Positions 13,606 through 26,423 of a stretch of 64,000 nucleotides of DNA are shown here, one piece after another. Position numbers and translations under genes: made by a program. Numbering within the stretch: position 1 is the first letter of the stretch; each line of letters begins with the position of its first letter. The stretch comes from Octopus sinensis (taxonomy: Eukaryota): the NCBI RefSeq assembly GCF_006345805.1, contig NC_043003.1:110112001-110176000 (forward strand), given 5' to 3'. Below the pieces are notes generated by a model. That model saw only the letters and a program-made list of their open reading frames with translations. It had not been told where the DNA came from and did not search any database.

Positions 13606-14569
13606 GTGACAATTATCTATTGAATTTTAGTGCTTATAAATCTATTTTCTATCCTTCTTTAATACCGGTTCCCATATGCTTTTCACATCTGCACTCGATC
13701 TGCTTAGGAGGTTGTTGTGTCCAAGCATTTGTGCTGCTTCTTTTAGTTTTTGTATTTTCCAGTGGTGTTCTCTGTCTATTATTTTAACTTCATCCCACCG
13801 GGGGAGGTGGTCTACATTTTTCCATACATGATCAGCTTTACCCGATTTATCAATATCTCCACGTGTCACAGCTTTGCGATGTTTCTCTACTCTTATTTTG
13901 AGGGGGCGGCATGTTTCGCTTTTGTATAACCTACCACGGCAGCGTGTGATAGAATACACGTAGTGATTGGTCATATTCTCTCCTATTGGTGGTTTTACTC
14001 GAAGGAGATATTTGCGAGGTGTTGTATTACTCTTGAATACTCTCCTCATGACATATGGGTCGCATATCTTTTGTACCTTTTTGGGGAGTCCTTTCACATA
14101 AGGTAGACAGGCTGTAGACAGTTTATTGGTGTCATCCTCTGTTTTCTTCATAATTAGAGTAGATAGTATGTTTTGGGGGCAGTCGCTGCTTAATAGATTG
14201 TTATTAAGCTTGATCATTTCTTCGTGGTAGGTATCACGATCACTACATATATTCTTTACTCGATGTTTTAAGCACTGAGCAACTCCTCCCTTTACACTGT
14301 ATGGATGGTGAGAATTGAAGTTAAGGTATATTCGAGTGAAGGCCGGCTTGCAGTATACGGATGTCCTAAATCCATACTTGGTGCGTGTTATTAATACAGT
14401 AATGCTAGCTGATTGTATTTTTCCTTTACCATTGTAAACTTTATGGATGGCTTTATTGAGTTCACGTGATCTAACAGTATTTGGACATCTTTCTGATGAG
14501 GCCAGATAATAAGGGTGTCATAATTATATCGCAGCCATAGGGATGATTTTAGTGGTTTTCATCCTAAAG

Positions 14570-16326
14570 AGATCTTACACAGAGGGACTTGACAAAATAA
14601 ATCTGGAAATAGAGGAAAACAATTTCATTAATAAGGCCGAATCTAGGATTTTACGATTAGAAAGAAGAACACCTGTATTTTATGCTCTCCCTAAAATACA
14701 CAAGTTCGAAAGATTTCCTCCAATGCGCCCAATTTGCAGCGGATATGAATGTTGTACGGCCAACATTTCGGAATGGCTGGATGGCTTTCTACTCCCTCTC
14801 GCAAAAAGATCAAATTCCTATATATGGGGTGCTTTTGATTTTGTATCTAAAATCAACAATTTTGTTAAGTACCGAGGCCGTGTAGAGAACTATTTTTTGG
14901 TAACCTTATATCTCAATATTGACCACGATGATGGGGTAGAAGCATGCATGGCTGCCTTCGAAAAGCGATCAACCAAAAATATTCCATCAAATTCTCTCTG
15001 TAGATTAATGAGGTTTGTGTTACTAAGTAACACAATGAAAATTAGGCAAATATTTTCCCACCAGACGAAGCGTTGCGCCATGGGTAACCCCATGGCAGTT
15101 AATTGTGCTAATGTCTTCATGACGAAATTCGAGACACAGTTACTGAAAACATTCAAATCATTTTTTGGTTATGAACCAATACTCTGGTTAAAGTTCATTG
15201 ATGACGTAATTTGTTTGTTTGGGAAGTATCACAGGATAGTGTAATGGACTTCTTCCATTTCTGTGACTGTTATGCTAAAAACTTTGGCTTTAAGTTCAAC
15301 ATAAAATTTACGTCTAGTCTTTGAAAAACTAACGTTGAATTTTTGGACACGAAAGTTATCTGAAGGCAGAATAGTGACAGAGTTATTTTGCAAGCCACAC
15401 ATCATACCACATTTATCTCCATCGCAGATCAGATCATCCACATTATATTATTCAGTCAAATCCGAAATTCTAATTTTTGAGGATTTGTACTTACATAGGG
15501 GATTACTGAAACATGCAAATGCTTTTGTACCTCATTATGTCAAACACTGTTACAATGAATCAGGATTATAGGAAATAGTACATGAAATAGCTAAGATTAG
15601 CAAAGATAGTCAAACTTTCACCCATCATTTTACCAAACACAATATAATAGGCGACAATATTCCTTAGTGATTAACTGGTACCGAAATTTCGCTGGCATTT
15701 AAAAACTGTTGCATGAAGGTTACCAGCATGTGGCGAAAAATATCCTCGTTTCAAACACACATTTCCTCAGCCGCCTATTGTAGATTTTAGACGGAATAAG
15801 AATATAAGAGAATTATTAGCCGCTATTTCTGACTCCAAGAAAACGAACATTGGAGTATCTGCACGCTGTACCTTGAAAAACAGCCGCAAGTGTGGTCAGC
15901 CCTGTTCATTGAGCAACACAATGAGTCAAGTGAATTCTATCTGGAATCATAACAAAAATGTTATGATTTATACAGAAGGTGGGACTTGGAGAGATAGCCA
16001 TTTAGGGTACGCGGCAGAATGCACGAAACAACTTGGTTTATGTTGATTGTACAACAGAACAATTTAACAAAAGATTTAATGGGCACAGATTTGTTGTCAG
16101 ACACAATAACAATAGTTCGGCAAAACATTTTGTTTCAAACGGCTGCAAGTTTGAAGAAGACTTGAAAGTGCATATTCTCAGAAAATATTCTGAATCTGCT
16201 TCACTTTCACTTCTCAAAATGCATCAGGAGAAATATGTTTGTGGGTTATCAACATCACACCATGGAGGAATGAATAAGATGACAGGAAAATATCATCAAA
16301 TTTATAAAAAAAAACTGTTTCATTAA
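14570..16326 (+). mobile_element. Degenerate Penelope-like element (RT plus GIY-YIG)
   Basis: PVFYALPKIHK..PPMRPICS..AMGNPMAVNCANVFM..WLKFIDD (14543-15244) and VYVDCTTEQFNKRFNGH..GGMNK (16033-16326). Confidence 0.9.
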
Positions 16327-16595
16327 ATATTCTTTTTTCTTTTATGTTTTCCATTTTTCTTTCCTCTTTTTTTTCTGTCTTTTTCTTTTCGCCTGTTATA
16401 AACTTGAAACTTAAGTGATAATGTCATTCCATCAACGTGTGCATGCTGGTTGCTCGCATTCATATTTAAATTTAAATTTCTATAATTTCGGATGTTATCA
16501 CCTCTTATTTGGAACTTGACAAAGATAGACTTACCGTCGAAATATTTTTCAACCAATAAAATATCTATTACATTCGAATCGCGCTCTTGTCTTTA

Positions 16596-16612
16596 CTACT
16601 ACTACCACTACA

Positions 16613-16661
<49 letters not shown>

Positions 16662-16699
16662 TACTACTACTACTACTACTACTACTACAATTACTAATC

Positions 16700-16762
<63 letters not shown>

Positions 16763-16775
16763 GTAATAATAATAA
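16596..16775. repeat. Compound (TAC)n(AAT)n microsatellite
   Basis: Seen directly in sequence. Confidence 0.95.
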
Positions 16776-17435
16776 GATAAATTGATGGAGAAAGACATGA
16801 CAGAAAAACCCAAGGTGAAGTACTTGCGCAGACTGAGACTGATCCTTAAGTCTAAATTAAATGGACGGAATAAGATGGAAGCTATCAACACCTGGACGGT
16901 TTTACTCCTTAGATATGGAGCAGGGGTAATCGCATGGACACTAGACGAACTAAACCCCTTAGACAGAAGGACAAGGAAGTTGCTAACTAGATATGGGACA
17001 CTCCACCCCAAAAGTGACATAGACAGACTGTATAAAGAAAAGAGGGGAAAGAGGAGTTATTGGGTGTGAACAGAGCATTAGAGCAGAAGAAAGCAACATA
17101 GTATGGTATGTAAAAAATGCCATTATTCGAAGTAGGAATATCAGGCCTGTGTAGGATGAAAGATTGCAAAGATAAAGCATTATACAAGACATTGAAAACG
17201 AAGGAAAGAAAGTGAAAATAGGTGGGTAAAGTAAAGAATGAATGGTCAATTACAGAGGGAGAAAAAGGTGGCTGGGGTTGACTAAAATTGATTTGAAACC
17301 GGAAACGGAGACTCTAATCTGTGCTGCCCTAGAACAAGCACTAAGATCAAATTGCATAAAATACAGGATAGATAACACAGCAGAAAGTGATAAGTGCAGA
17401 ATCTGTGGACAAAACGATGAAAGTGTATGGCATAT
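16776..17435 (+). mobile_element. R4/Dong-like non-LTR retrotransposon fragment (post-RT domain and CCHC region)
   Basis: KYLRRLRLILKSKLNGRNKMEAINTW..LRYGAG..LDRRTRKLL..LHPKSDIDRLY; ALEQALRSN..DKCRICGQNDESVWHI. Confidence 0.8.
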
Positions 17436-18323
17436 TATGCTATTTTGTTGTTTTTGTCCATATTACTTCAAGTGCTGGCGTTGTTTCAGGTTGTTGTATG
17501 TAGTGTCTTTATTCTTGCATCTGGCACCGCCGCCGCCGTTGATGCCGTTGCAGGCTGTTGTTGTGTGTCGGTTTTGCTGTTAGTGTTGACTTTAAAGATG
17601 GTGGTGTAATTTCTGCTATCGTTGATGCTGTTCACGATGTGGTGTTGTCAGTAGTAAAAGACATCTTTCAGCTGTCAGTTTCTTTTTTGTTGGAGGCGGA
17701 AAGACTTCAGATAATAGATTTTGTCACAATTGTGACATCTATGGCTTCTATTCTCCACTTCCACTTACTGCTGTGGTTCGAATGATCTATAATTGGTCGG
17801 GAAAACTGTGAATGCATATCCTCAGTCCCATGCCAAAGTAGTTTTCCTTTTAGAATCTTTATTACAAACAGCAGACTGGGATCCTCTAATGCAACTCATT
17901 TTACCGCCCACCAGATGTCAAATTCTGTCGTTATGGTTCCAGTGTTTACTCTAATCATTCTCTATCTTATATAAGTTGGTATCAGTGTAAAGTTTTCTTT
18001 TCTATGTGGGATGGTGAAGGTGTTTATGTAACAAGATCAGCGTGTGAAAATTTAGTCTTACATTACAATACAGTTATAACATTTCGACTGAAAAGAAACA
18101 TCGATTTACACTCTTATGATGGCAAATGAGGTAAGGCTCATTTGTGCAAATGAGAATACACAAATTGCCTAAAGGTTCATTCGAACACATTAGTTTATGG
18201 GTATCCTTGCCAAAGTGTTTTACTGTTATATACTACAGAATGTTGTACACATGCATTTACACACTCAAATTGCTACATCTAATTAATTTTCTGCATAATT
18301 GCCTACACATACACACACACAAG

Positions 18324-18373
<50 letters not shown>

Positions 18374-18608
18374 ATCATGCAGATAAACAAATTAGATATA
18401 GCAACTTGAGTTTCATATACAAAATACATATATTTGTATACACGTAAAGAGAAATAAGAAAGACTGAAGATTTTCAGACTATGAATATTCAAATATAAAT
18501 GTATAGATATTTATATATTAATAGATCAAATATAGTCTGCTACATTTAAAATTCTCTGCTTAATGAATTGAATGAGACTCGATTAATCCAATGTTTATTT
18601 ACTTCCAG

Positions 18609-18741
18609 CACTGGCTGTATATTTTGCTGAACTACATGTACGAACATTACGTTGGGTTTCCGAGTCCCCAGAAACAGCTGTTGAACGGGTGGTAACACAT
18701 TACCTCGAACCCTTTAATTTCCTCTGTCGTTTATACTCTAT
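18609..18741 (+). other. Candidate internal exon (phase 1 to 2), product unknown
   Basis: Acceptor tttatttacttccag, 43 open codons (LAVYFAELHVRTLRWVSESPETAVERVVTHYLEPFNFLCRLYS), donor AT|GTAAAT; no family recognised. Confidence 0.3.
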
Positions 18742-18746
18742 GTAAA

Positions 18747-18780
<34 letters not shown>

Positions 18781-18872
18781 TTAAATATTGATCGTCTGAA
18801 AAGATTCAGTCTTTGCTTTCTTTCTGTTTACATGTATGCAAACATGCATACATATTGATACACTCCCCCCAT

Positions 18873-18903
<31 letters not shown>

Positions 18904-19201
18904 GTATATATTTATGTCAACATATATATCCATACACCGACATATTACAGAAGCACACACATACGCACTGACTTACACACTCTCACATACACAAGTGCAC
19001 ACGCACCTTCGTTTTGGGATCACCAATACTTTATTATCTCCCCTTATTCCTATGTCTCCTGTCCAACTACCTTTTTTCCAACCAGTCGCCATTTAGTGGA
19101 TTGACCACTAAATCCACATTTAAAAAAAATATTCTTTGTTTATTTCTTTGTGGTATATTCTCAAAATTTCATTTACTCTGCAAGATTTTTTCAATGAATA
19201 G

Positions 19202-19346
19202 CAAATGAGATTGATATAGCACACTATCTACTTGAAATAAGCACATATCAACTCCTATCGAAATCTGCATACCATGTACAAGAAGCCGCGTTGACCATCT
19301 ATACAGCACATTCCTTGGATAACGGAACAACTTTAAGATCCAACAT
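19202..19346 (+). other. Candidate internal exon (phase 1 to 2), product unknown
   Basis: Acceptor ttttcaatgaatag, 47 open codons (NEIDIAHYLLEISTYQLLSKSAYHVQEAALTIYTAHSLDNGTTLRSN), donor AT|GTATTT; no family recognised. Confidence 0.3.
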
Positions 19347-20944
19347 GTATTTATATTTTCATATTTCCCTTTATGCTTTCCGTATCTCTCCCTTTCCAAA
19401 ATAAATTCTTATGTAACAAAATCTACTAATTTCTTCTATAGAAACCCTCTTGACTCGTCTCTGATGCTGGGATATAATTCATTTTCCTGAAACAGCTGTA
19501 AGACCTTTTTTCTCTTTATGAATGTCTTACAAATATTACATTACCTTAGCCTTGTCATCTTATTTTATTTAACATACCCACGACCCGCTTTGAGTCCTTA
19601 CCCCTACTATCATTGAACCGAGAGTTTAACAGCGGTTCTTCCGTAGCACTTATATAGCCTAACCTGCCTTTTGGGTTTTCTGGATAGATAAACCTTTGAT
19701 ATATATATATACATATGTGTGTGAATATGTATACACATATAACGTTATAACGTTAGCAGGGGAGATAGATACATATTAGGACTTCCCTAATTCCCAGACC
19801 TTCTCAATATCTAATTTGGTCTTTTAATATTATTACCAAATTGTTTCTATGTGTACCTTGTCTATGTGTACGTTCACCTGCCTGTGCGTTCATAAGCTGG
19901 TGTCCTTTGCGTATTGGCTGGTGTGTATATTCCATTTATATCTATATCATGTGAGCATCTGTATGTACATATCTCTGCCTGAGTATGGTGTTTATATTCT
20001 GTGCTTGCATGTATGGATAATATATGTATATATACGCGCGCACGAGTGTGCGTGTACATATATCGTGGGCAAATATGTTTATAACCATGTGTGTGTTTAT
20101 GTGTAGACATATATATTTCTCTGGGCGCATTATATGTTATATTTATCTCATTTATCAGACTCTACAGTTAACGTATTTTTATCTCCTAGAACTGATCCGT
20201 GATTTTTTGTCCCTGTTTCCTTTTCGCTAGACTTTGTTATATTTTCTTCTGTAATATTTCATTTTGTCTACGTTCTTCACATCTCTGATTTTCTTTTTCA
20301 ACTGCGTTATCATAATCGTTTTGTTTTTGTTTTCCTTTTGTTCTTTTTTCTCTCCTTTCTTTGTTCTCCTACTTTACTTTCTTCTACTTTTAAAGGACGC
20401 TTTTAGCAGCCACTTCATCATGTTTTTTTTTCTTACCCATAAAAAAACGTGCATATTTTTTAGGAAATGTTAATATCTACTGCAACGTCCATTAAATTTA
20501 TCTCAGACCCTTTGATGTTCAAAGACTTGGGCAGCATTTATCCTCTCAGTGTTCAATGCTTGTCTCGGTTAATGTTTCTGACTGTTTTTAAACATCTTCC
20601 TTAGTTTGAATTGTCTCACTTTTCCTCTGACTCTTGCAACAGGGACACCGTGGATTATTTGCACAAAGAATTTTTAATTCAATTTTTAAGCTACTAACAA
20701 AATGATTTAATTAGGTTCCTCAATGATATGTGTGAAAAGATTACATTAGCAAGCTAACATTCATATTCTATATTGTGTAAACTTTATTTTAGGCTGAACG
20801 AGAAATTGTTTTACAACAGCAATTTCTCAGAGTATCCAACGAGTATTCTTCTTAGTAATTTCTGTAATAGTGGACAGATCCCTTCTTACTAATCACTGGA
20901 TGTAAGTAGCGTTAAAACGGCCCGACCTTAATAACGTCTTCTTG

Positions 20945-21581
20945 CCAGGTTATCCATGCTGGGAGATTGTCGGAGGAATTCAGGGTCAGCAGGGGTGTCA
21001 GACAGGGCTGTTTGTTGCTACCGCTCATGTTCCACGTCGTGCTGGATTGGGTCACCAGTACGGCCAACGCTACCACCGAGAAAGGTATTCAGTGGAAACT
21101 GATGAACAGGCTGGAGGACTTAGACTACGCAGATGAGCTCACGCTACTGTCACACCGCCTGCAAGACATGCAAGAAAAGGTAGATCACCTGACAGAAACT
21201 TCACGACGAGTGGGCTTGAGGATCACCCGGGAAAAGACAAAAGTGCTGCGTATCAAAAACAAGCATGAAGAGCCAAACACAATCGAGAGGGAACCTGTGG
21301 AGGATGTTAGTGAGTTTGTCTATTTTGGCAGCAAGCTCAGCAAATCAGGTGGATCAGACGAGAACATCACGGCAAGAAGCAAGAAGGCTTGGCATGCCTT
21401 CGCTATTCTTCGGCCGGTATGGAAGTCCACTGCCATCTCAACTCAAACTAAACTCCGCTTATTTAGTTCAAACATGAAATCTGTGGTTTTGTATGGCTCT
21501 GAAACATGGAGAGCCACCTGCAGCAAATACAAGTAGATCCAGACATTCATCAACAAATGTCTCCGGCAGATCCTCCATCTG
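20945..21581 (+). mobile_element. RTE-clade LINE fragment (RT domain)
   Basis: GVRQGCLLLPLMF..LEDLDYADELTLL..EFVYFGS..TKLRLFSSNMKSVVLYGSETW; GC well above the flanks. Confidence 0.9.
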
Positions 21582-23231
21582 AACCTGGCCTTCAAATTAT
21601 CCTCTGTAAGGCCCACGTATTTCTTCGTCGAAACCGTGTCCTTAGTGGATATAGAGTCCACGGTGGCTTCATAAATGATGGTCTCGGGCATGCAAGCTCC
21701 ATTTAGCGGCATAGAGGCATAAAAATCGACAATATCGAATAGCGTGAATCTCGCATTATTCTTATTCTTAATGGCTTTAAACCAGTCAACGTCTTCTATA
21801 CTATTGGACCATTGTACTAACCTAGTGACAGTCCTGATCTTTGCATTGATTTTTCTTAAAATTTCTTTACTGATAATGACAAGTTCTGATTTAGCTGGGT
21901 TAATGAGCCTATATTTAGGATTATGCCTCTATCTCTAAGGAACTGCTAGATAAAGCCCTCACCCTCGCAAGGGAATTCATAGAAATCAGTACACAGGATA
22001 AGGACATAATCTTCCATGCTAGAAAGACTTTACGCTTCAGCGAGAACACAGACTGGGTCAAGACTATCGATACAGATGGTGCTTTCGATGTGAGCATGGG
22101 GTCATAGGATGGAGCAGGCATATGCGATCTTACTGGACTATTCCTACTCGATATGTTGGGCAATACCTTTCCTGGCGTATACTTCGCCATTTACAAAGAT
22201 GCTGCCCTCGCCTTAACCGAAAATAACAATGGACCAGCACAGAATCGGTTTAGGAAGGACATTATCCATTTGATGAAAACCTTCTGACTTAGCATAACTA
22301 AAGACAGCAACCTGACGGCTGTCATATTCCTAGATGTATTCTTAGATCTAAATAAGAACATTTATAAGCATTATATGAAGCCCAACGATAGACTTGGTTA
22401 TATTAATGAAGATTCCTGCCATCCCCCCATAGTTAAAAACGTTAGCAAGAGAAATGTTAGCCTCTCCTCCGATAGGGACATTTTAATAGCGTTACACCAG
22501 TATATAATAAGGATCTAAAAGATAGTGGATTTAGCGAGGAAATAACATACGCACCTGCCACCAGTCAAATAGTAAAGAAGGGGAAACGCAAGAATAGGAA
22601 AACTATCTGGTTCACACACCCCTACTCACTCAAACTGACCTTCAAGTATTTCTTAGCACTGACAGATAGACATTTTCCAGTCAGCCATTCTTACAGAAAG
22701 CTCTTCAATTGGCATAACTTAAAAATCAGTTTCAGCTCAACTACCAATTTTAAAAATATAATCGCACACAACACACAAAAACCACAATATGAAACCAGGT
22801 GTTCATGCAGGGATAAAATTTGTGCCGGCTAAATGGAGCTTACATGACTGAGACCATCATTTTTGAAGCCACCGTGGACTCTATATCCACTAAGTACATG
22901 GTTTCGACGAAGAAATAGGATAATTTCAAGGCCAGATTCGATAATCTCACCTGAATCTTCAGGCACTAGGATAAAAGGAAAACGACGAAATTAGCCAGTC
23001 ATATATGGTCCTTAAAAGATAAAGGTGTCCATTGGAAAAAACTTAGCCAAGTGTAAGCCCTACACCAACGACAGTGGAAAGTGTTGTCTTTGTGATATGG
23101 AAAGATGGCTCATCTGGAAAAGCAGCTTAGACCCCGCTACATGTCTGAATTCAAGAACTGAACTGTTCGGTTCATGCCCACACGTGGCTAAACATCTATT
23201 ACGTTTTTGGTCTCTTCGAGATTACAGATAG
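21582..23231 (+). mobile_element. Rearranged Penelope-like element with inverted RT and GIY-YIG pieces at its left end
   Basis: Plus: SKELLDKAL..FDVSMGS*DGAGICDL..CLCDMERWLIWK. Minus 21712-21925: NPKYRLINPAKSEL..FDIVDFYAS. Minus 21582-21711: PLNGACMPETIIYEATV. Confidence 0.85.
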
Positions 23232-23399
23232 GGCTTAAGTTATATATTGTGTCTCTTTATACTTTTTAGTTATATTTTTTATATATTTTATATATATTTA
23301 TATATTTTTTATACTTATATGTTTTACATATTTATAGAGATACTGTTCCATAGATTTATTGCTCATATATTTTTTAAACATATTTTTCCGTAATCCACC

Positions 23400-23950
23400 C
23401 CACCTACATTTTCCCTGTGCGTATATAGACGTGTATATGGAATCGTTAGTGCGCGCGTGTGGATGTATGTGTATGCGGATATGGGCGTATATTGCTGTGT
23501 GTATGTGTGCGTGCATGCGAGTATGTGCGTATATAGAAGTGTTTTACTCATTGTACTTTATATACATTTTTACCCATTTTCCTGTAGTAATTTGCCTTCA
23601 GACATGTTTTCTCTTGTGCTTGTGCATATATAGACGTGTGTATGAACACTTTTTGTGTGTATGCGTGTGTTTGTGCGTGTGTATAGACGTGCGCGGGTAT
23701 TCGCGTATATAGATGTGTTTTACTCAGGTTATTTTTTTGTACTTCTTTACACTTTTTTCTGTATTGGTGCCGTTAGCCCTGTTTTTTTCTTGTGTATGTA
23801 CGTATATAGACGTGTGTTTTGGTGCGCACGTGTGTGATGGTATTGTGTATATATATTTTGGCGAATGGTGTGGGGGAGAATGTGTATGTTTCAAGTGAAG
23901 GTAGATAAGTGTATACTTATAGGCGCATGTACGTGGGTGTTCGGGCGCGC
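23400..23950. repeat. Degenerate tandem repeat built around TATATAGA(C/A/T)GTG
   Basis: Motif recurs about six times; a ~180-bp higher-order similarity (gtatatag..gtgttttactca) is visible. Confidence 0.6.
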
Positions 23951-24103
23951 ATGAGTACGTATGGAAATGCGCGCTTACGCGAATACTATGAGCATTTTTA
24001 CCCCTTTACTTTTACTCCCTCCCCTCACTTAGTGGTCATTCAAATCACACAGTAATTTCCCTTTGTTTAACGGTCATTTTCATAGCATTTTTTCCGGTGG
24101 CCG

Positions 24104-24160
24104 GATTACTGAAGAGATGGCGGCGTGGTTTTCCACCCCGTCAGCCGAAATACGAATAAT
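24104..24160 (+). ncRNA. Degenerate hammerhead motif
   Basis: ATTA-CTGAAGA-G..GTGG(TTTT)CCAC..C-GAAA-TAC; core intact, cleavage triplet and stem III damaged. Confidence 0.45.
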
Positions 24161-24210
24161 TGTCACATATTACATTTATATATATATATATATTTATATA
24201 TTATATTACT

Positions 24211-24288
24211 TCAGACATATGTTTCGAAGATATCACTGGTATTATTCCAAAGGAATAAAATGGTGTAAAACAATGTAATCTCTTCAAA
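24211..24288 (-). ncRNA. Hammerhead motif, inverted copy of 24683-24771 with C3 changed to U
   Basis: TTGAAGA-GATTACATTG...CAGTGATATCTTC-GAAA-CATATG-TC. Confidence 0.6.
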
Positions 24289-24682
24289 GGCAAGGAATTC
24301 TGTCTTCTCTGTAATGTTGAACTCTTTTTGATTTTTTTCTAAAAATCTCCTTGTAAACACGGTTATAGAGCGTGCATACCGAGGTAAACATTGGCAGAAA
24401 CACACCTTTAGTTCATATAAGTGATTTATATCATTATATATACTTTAAGCATTAATTTTCTTCTTATATTTCACATTCACTAGATATATATTTCCCTTGT
24501 TTATATGGTTTTATTTAATATACGTATAGTCATATACATCTCATTTATTTAGTTTTTCTTTACTTTATCCCTCTTATATATCATATAACATTTTTTGTTT
24601 TGGAAACAATGATAATAGCGTTCAGTTAATCACTATTCATATCCATCATTTAAAATGTCTTATTGACTAGTTTAATTTCTTC

Positions 24683-24771
24683 ACTTCCCTGAAGAGAAGA
24701 TTACATTGTTTTACACCATTTTATTCCTTTGGAATAATACCAGTGATATCTTTGAAACGTACGTCGGTAGT
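24683..24771 (+). ncRNA. Near-intact type I hammerhead motif
   Basis: ACTTCC-CTGAAGA-GAAGAT...ATCTTT-GAAA-CGTACG-TC-GGTAGT; GUC site, palindromic stem III. Confidence 0.72.
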
Positions 24772-24984
24772 AAAAGAATTTGAATAACACCCGCGTTTAA
24801 CTCCATTTATTTATTTATTTATTTATTTATTTATATCTATTACACAAACACTTTCACCTCAACCCGAAGTTTCTACCTTTAAAAACAAGGAGTAACAACT
24901 TTTTTACTTGAGTGATTTTTTGCTACCCTAGTAACTATTTATCTATTTTTTCCTGTTACTTGTTAACAAAGGGAAACTACACAC

Positions 24985-25098
<114 letters not shown>

Positions 25099-26319
25099 GT
25101 GTGTGTTTGTGTGTGTGTGTGTGTGTGGTGTGTGTGTGTGTGTATGTATCTATGTATGTATAAATATATTCTATCAATCTATATGGAATCTCAGACCTGG
25201 TGTTATTCAATTCAAATACAAAATACAAGTCAAGTTTCAGTCAGCTGCGTATTAAATGTACATCACGTACATTCACTTACTTATTTTCCTGCTCTTATAA
25301 CTCTCATAATTGATATCTATTAAAACAGCAGAGTGGGGGCGGATTCATATTCTACATTGACAATAGTTTGCACTATTTAGCTAAGGTTATCTAAGTTCTG
25401 AATTCGAATCCCGGCAAAGTGAATACTTTGGTTTTCGCTCTTTTGCTTAGTTTAAATAAATTGCCGTTCAATAACGAAAATGGATTTTTTCTTAATATAC
25501 TCTCCCGTGGCCTTGTACCCATGTATGAAATCGATATTCTCTTCCGTCAAAGATATCAATTTTTAGAATTATAGCAAACATAACTAAATTTTGTTTTGCA
25601 CCATAGAAACACGGAGAGGAATTCAGAAAGGGCTGTTGTCGATTATATCGATCTCGCCTTTTACTGGAAATCTATCGATACTGGAAGATGTGAGAAATAT
25701 TCGATTCTAACAGGTGAGGAACCCAGTATTAAAATATACAGCCACGTTGTTTCAAAATTTCATTCTAATCCTAAATATTGTAAATTTATAGGCGTCTTTC
25801 AGAGAGTTCCATGACCTCTACATTAAGAACCGAAAAAATGAGACAGACTTCAGAGTTTTGAATAATATTTCATGACAAAAAGCTGTCGGTTCTGTGACAA
25901 CACACTGAACACTTTATCTCTCTTGTGCGAATAGGTCAGATATCGTTCGACTAGACTTTGTTTAATGGAATCAGGTGAGGTTTGCATTGGCGAAAATCTA
26001 TATAAGAATATTTCCTCTGTCTGCCGCTTTTTTATACAAGATCAACATTTTCCGACACTTACAATGATGCAAGCTTAAAGTCGAATATAAATAAGAACAC
26101 TCATATGTAGGCACACATTCACAATTTATATATATATATATACAAACACAGACAAACACACACACACACAGACACACACGCAAACCCCACACACACACAC
26201 AAACACACACGTTTAAATACAATTTATCCTCTTTGTGTTCCTCCCTCATTCTACATATATATATATGTTTATGACTATCCACATCACTCACAGACGAAAG
26301 GTGTATGGTTGAGTCTGAT

Positions 26320-26369
<50 letters not shown>

Positions 26370-26386
26370 AGTGTGTGTGTGTGTGT

Positions 26387-26423
<37 letters not shown>

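Larger units (their letters stand above)
13320..14560 (-). mobile_element. 5'-truncated Penelope-like element (RT C-terminus, GIY-YIG, 3' pLTR)
   Basis: WLRYNYDTLIIWPH (YVDD region), FNSHHP, then ORF 13642-14217 LPYVKG...VYSITRCRGRLYKSETCRPLKIRVEKH; HHR downstream. Confidence 0.9.

Noticed and set aside
14485-14530. CTGATGAGGCC as a hammerhead core
   Set aside because: It lies in PLE RT coding sequence on the opposite strand (IWPHQK) and has no GAAA partner.
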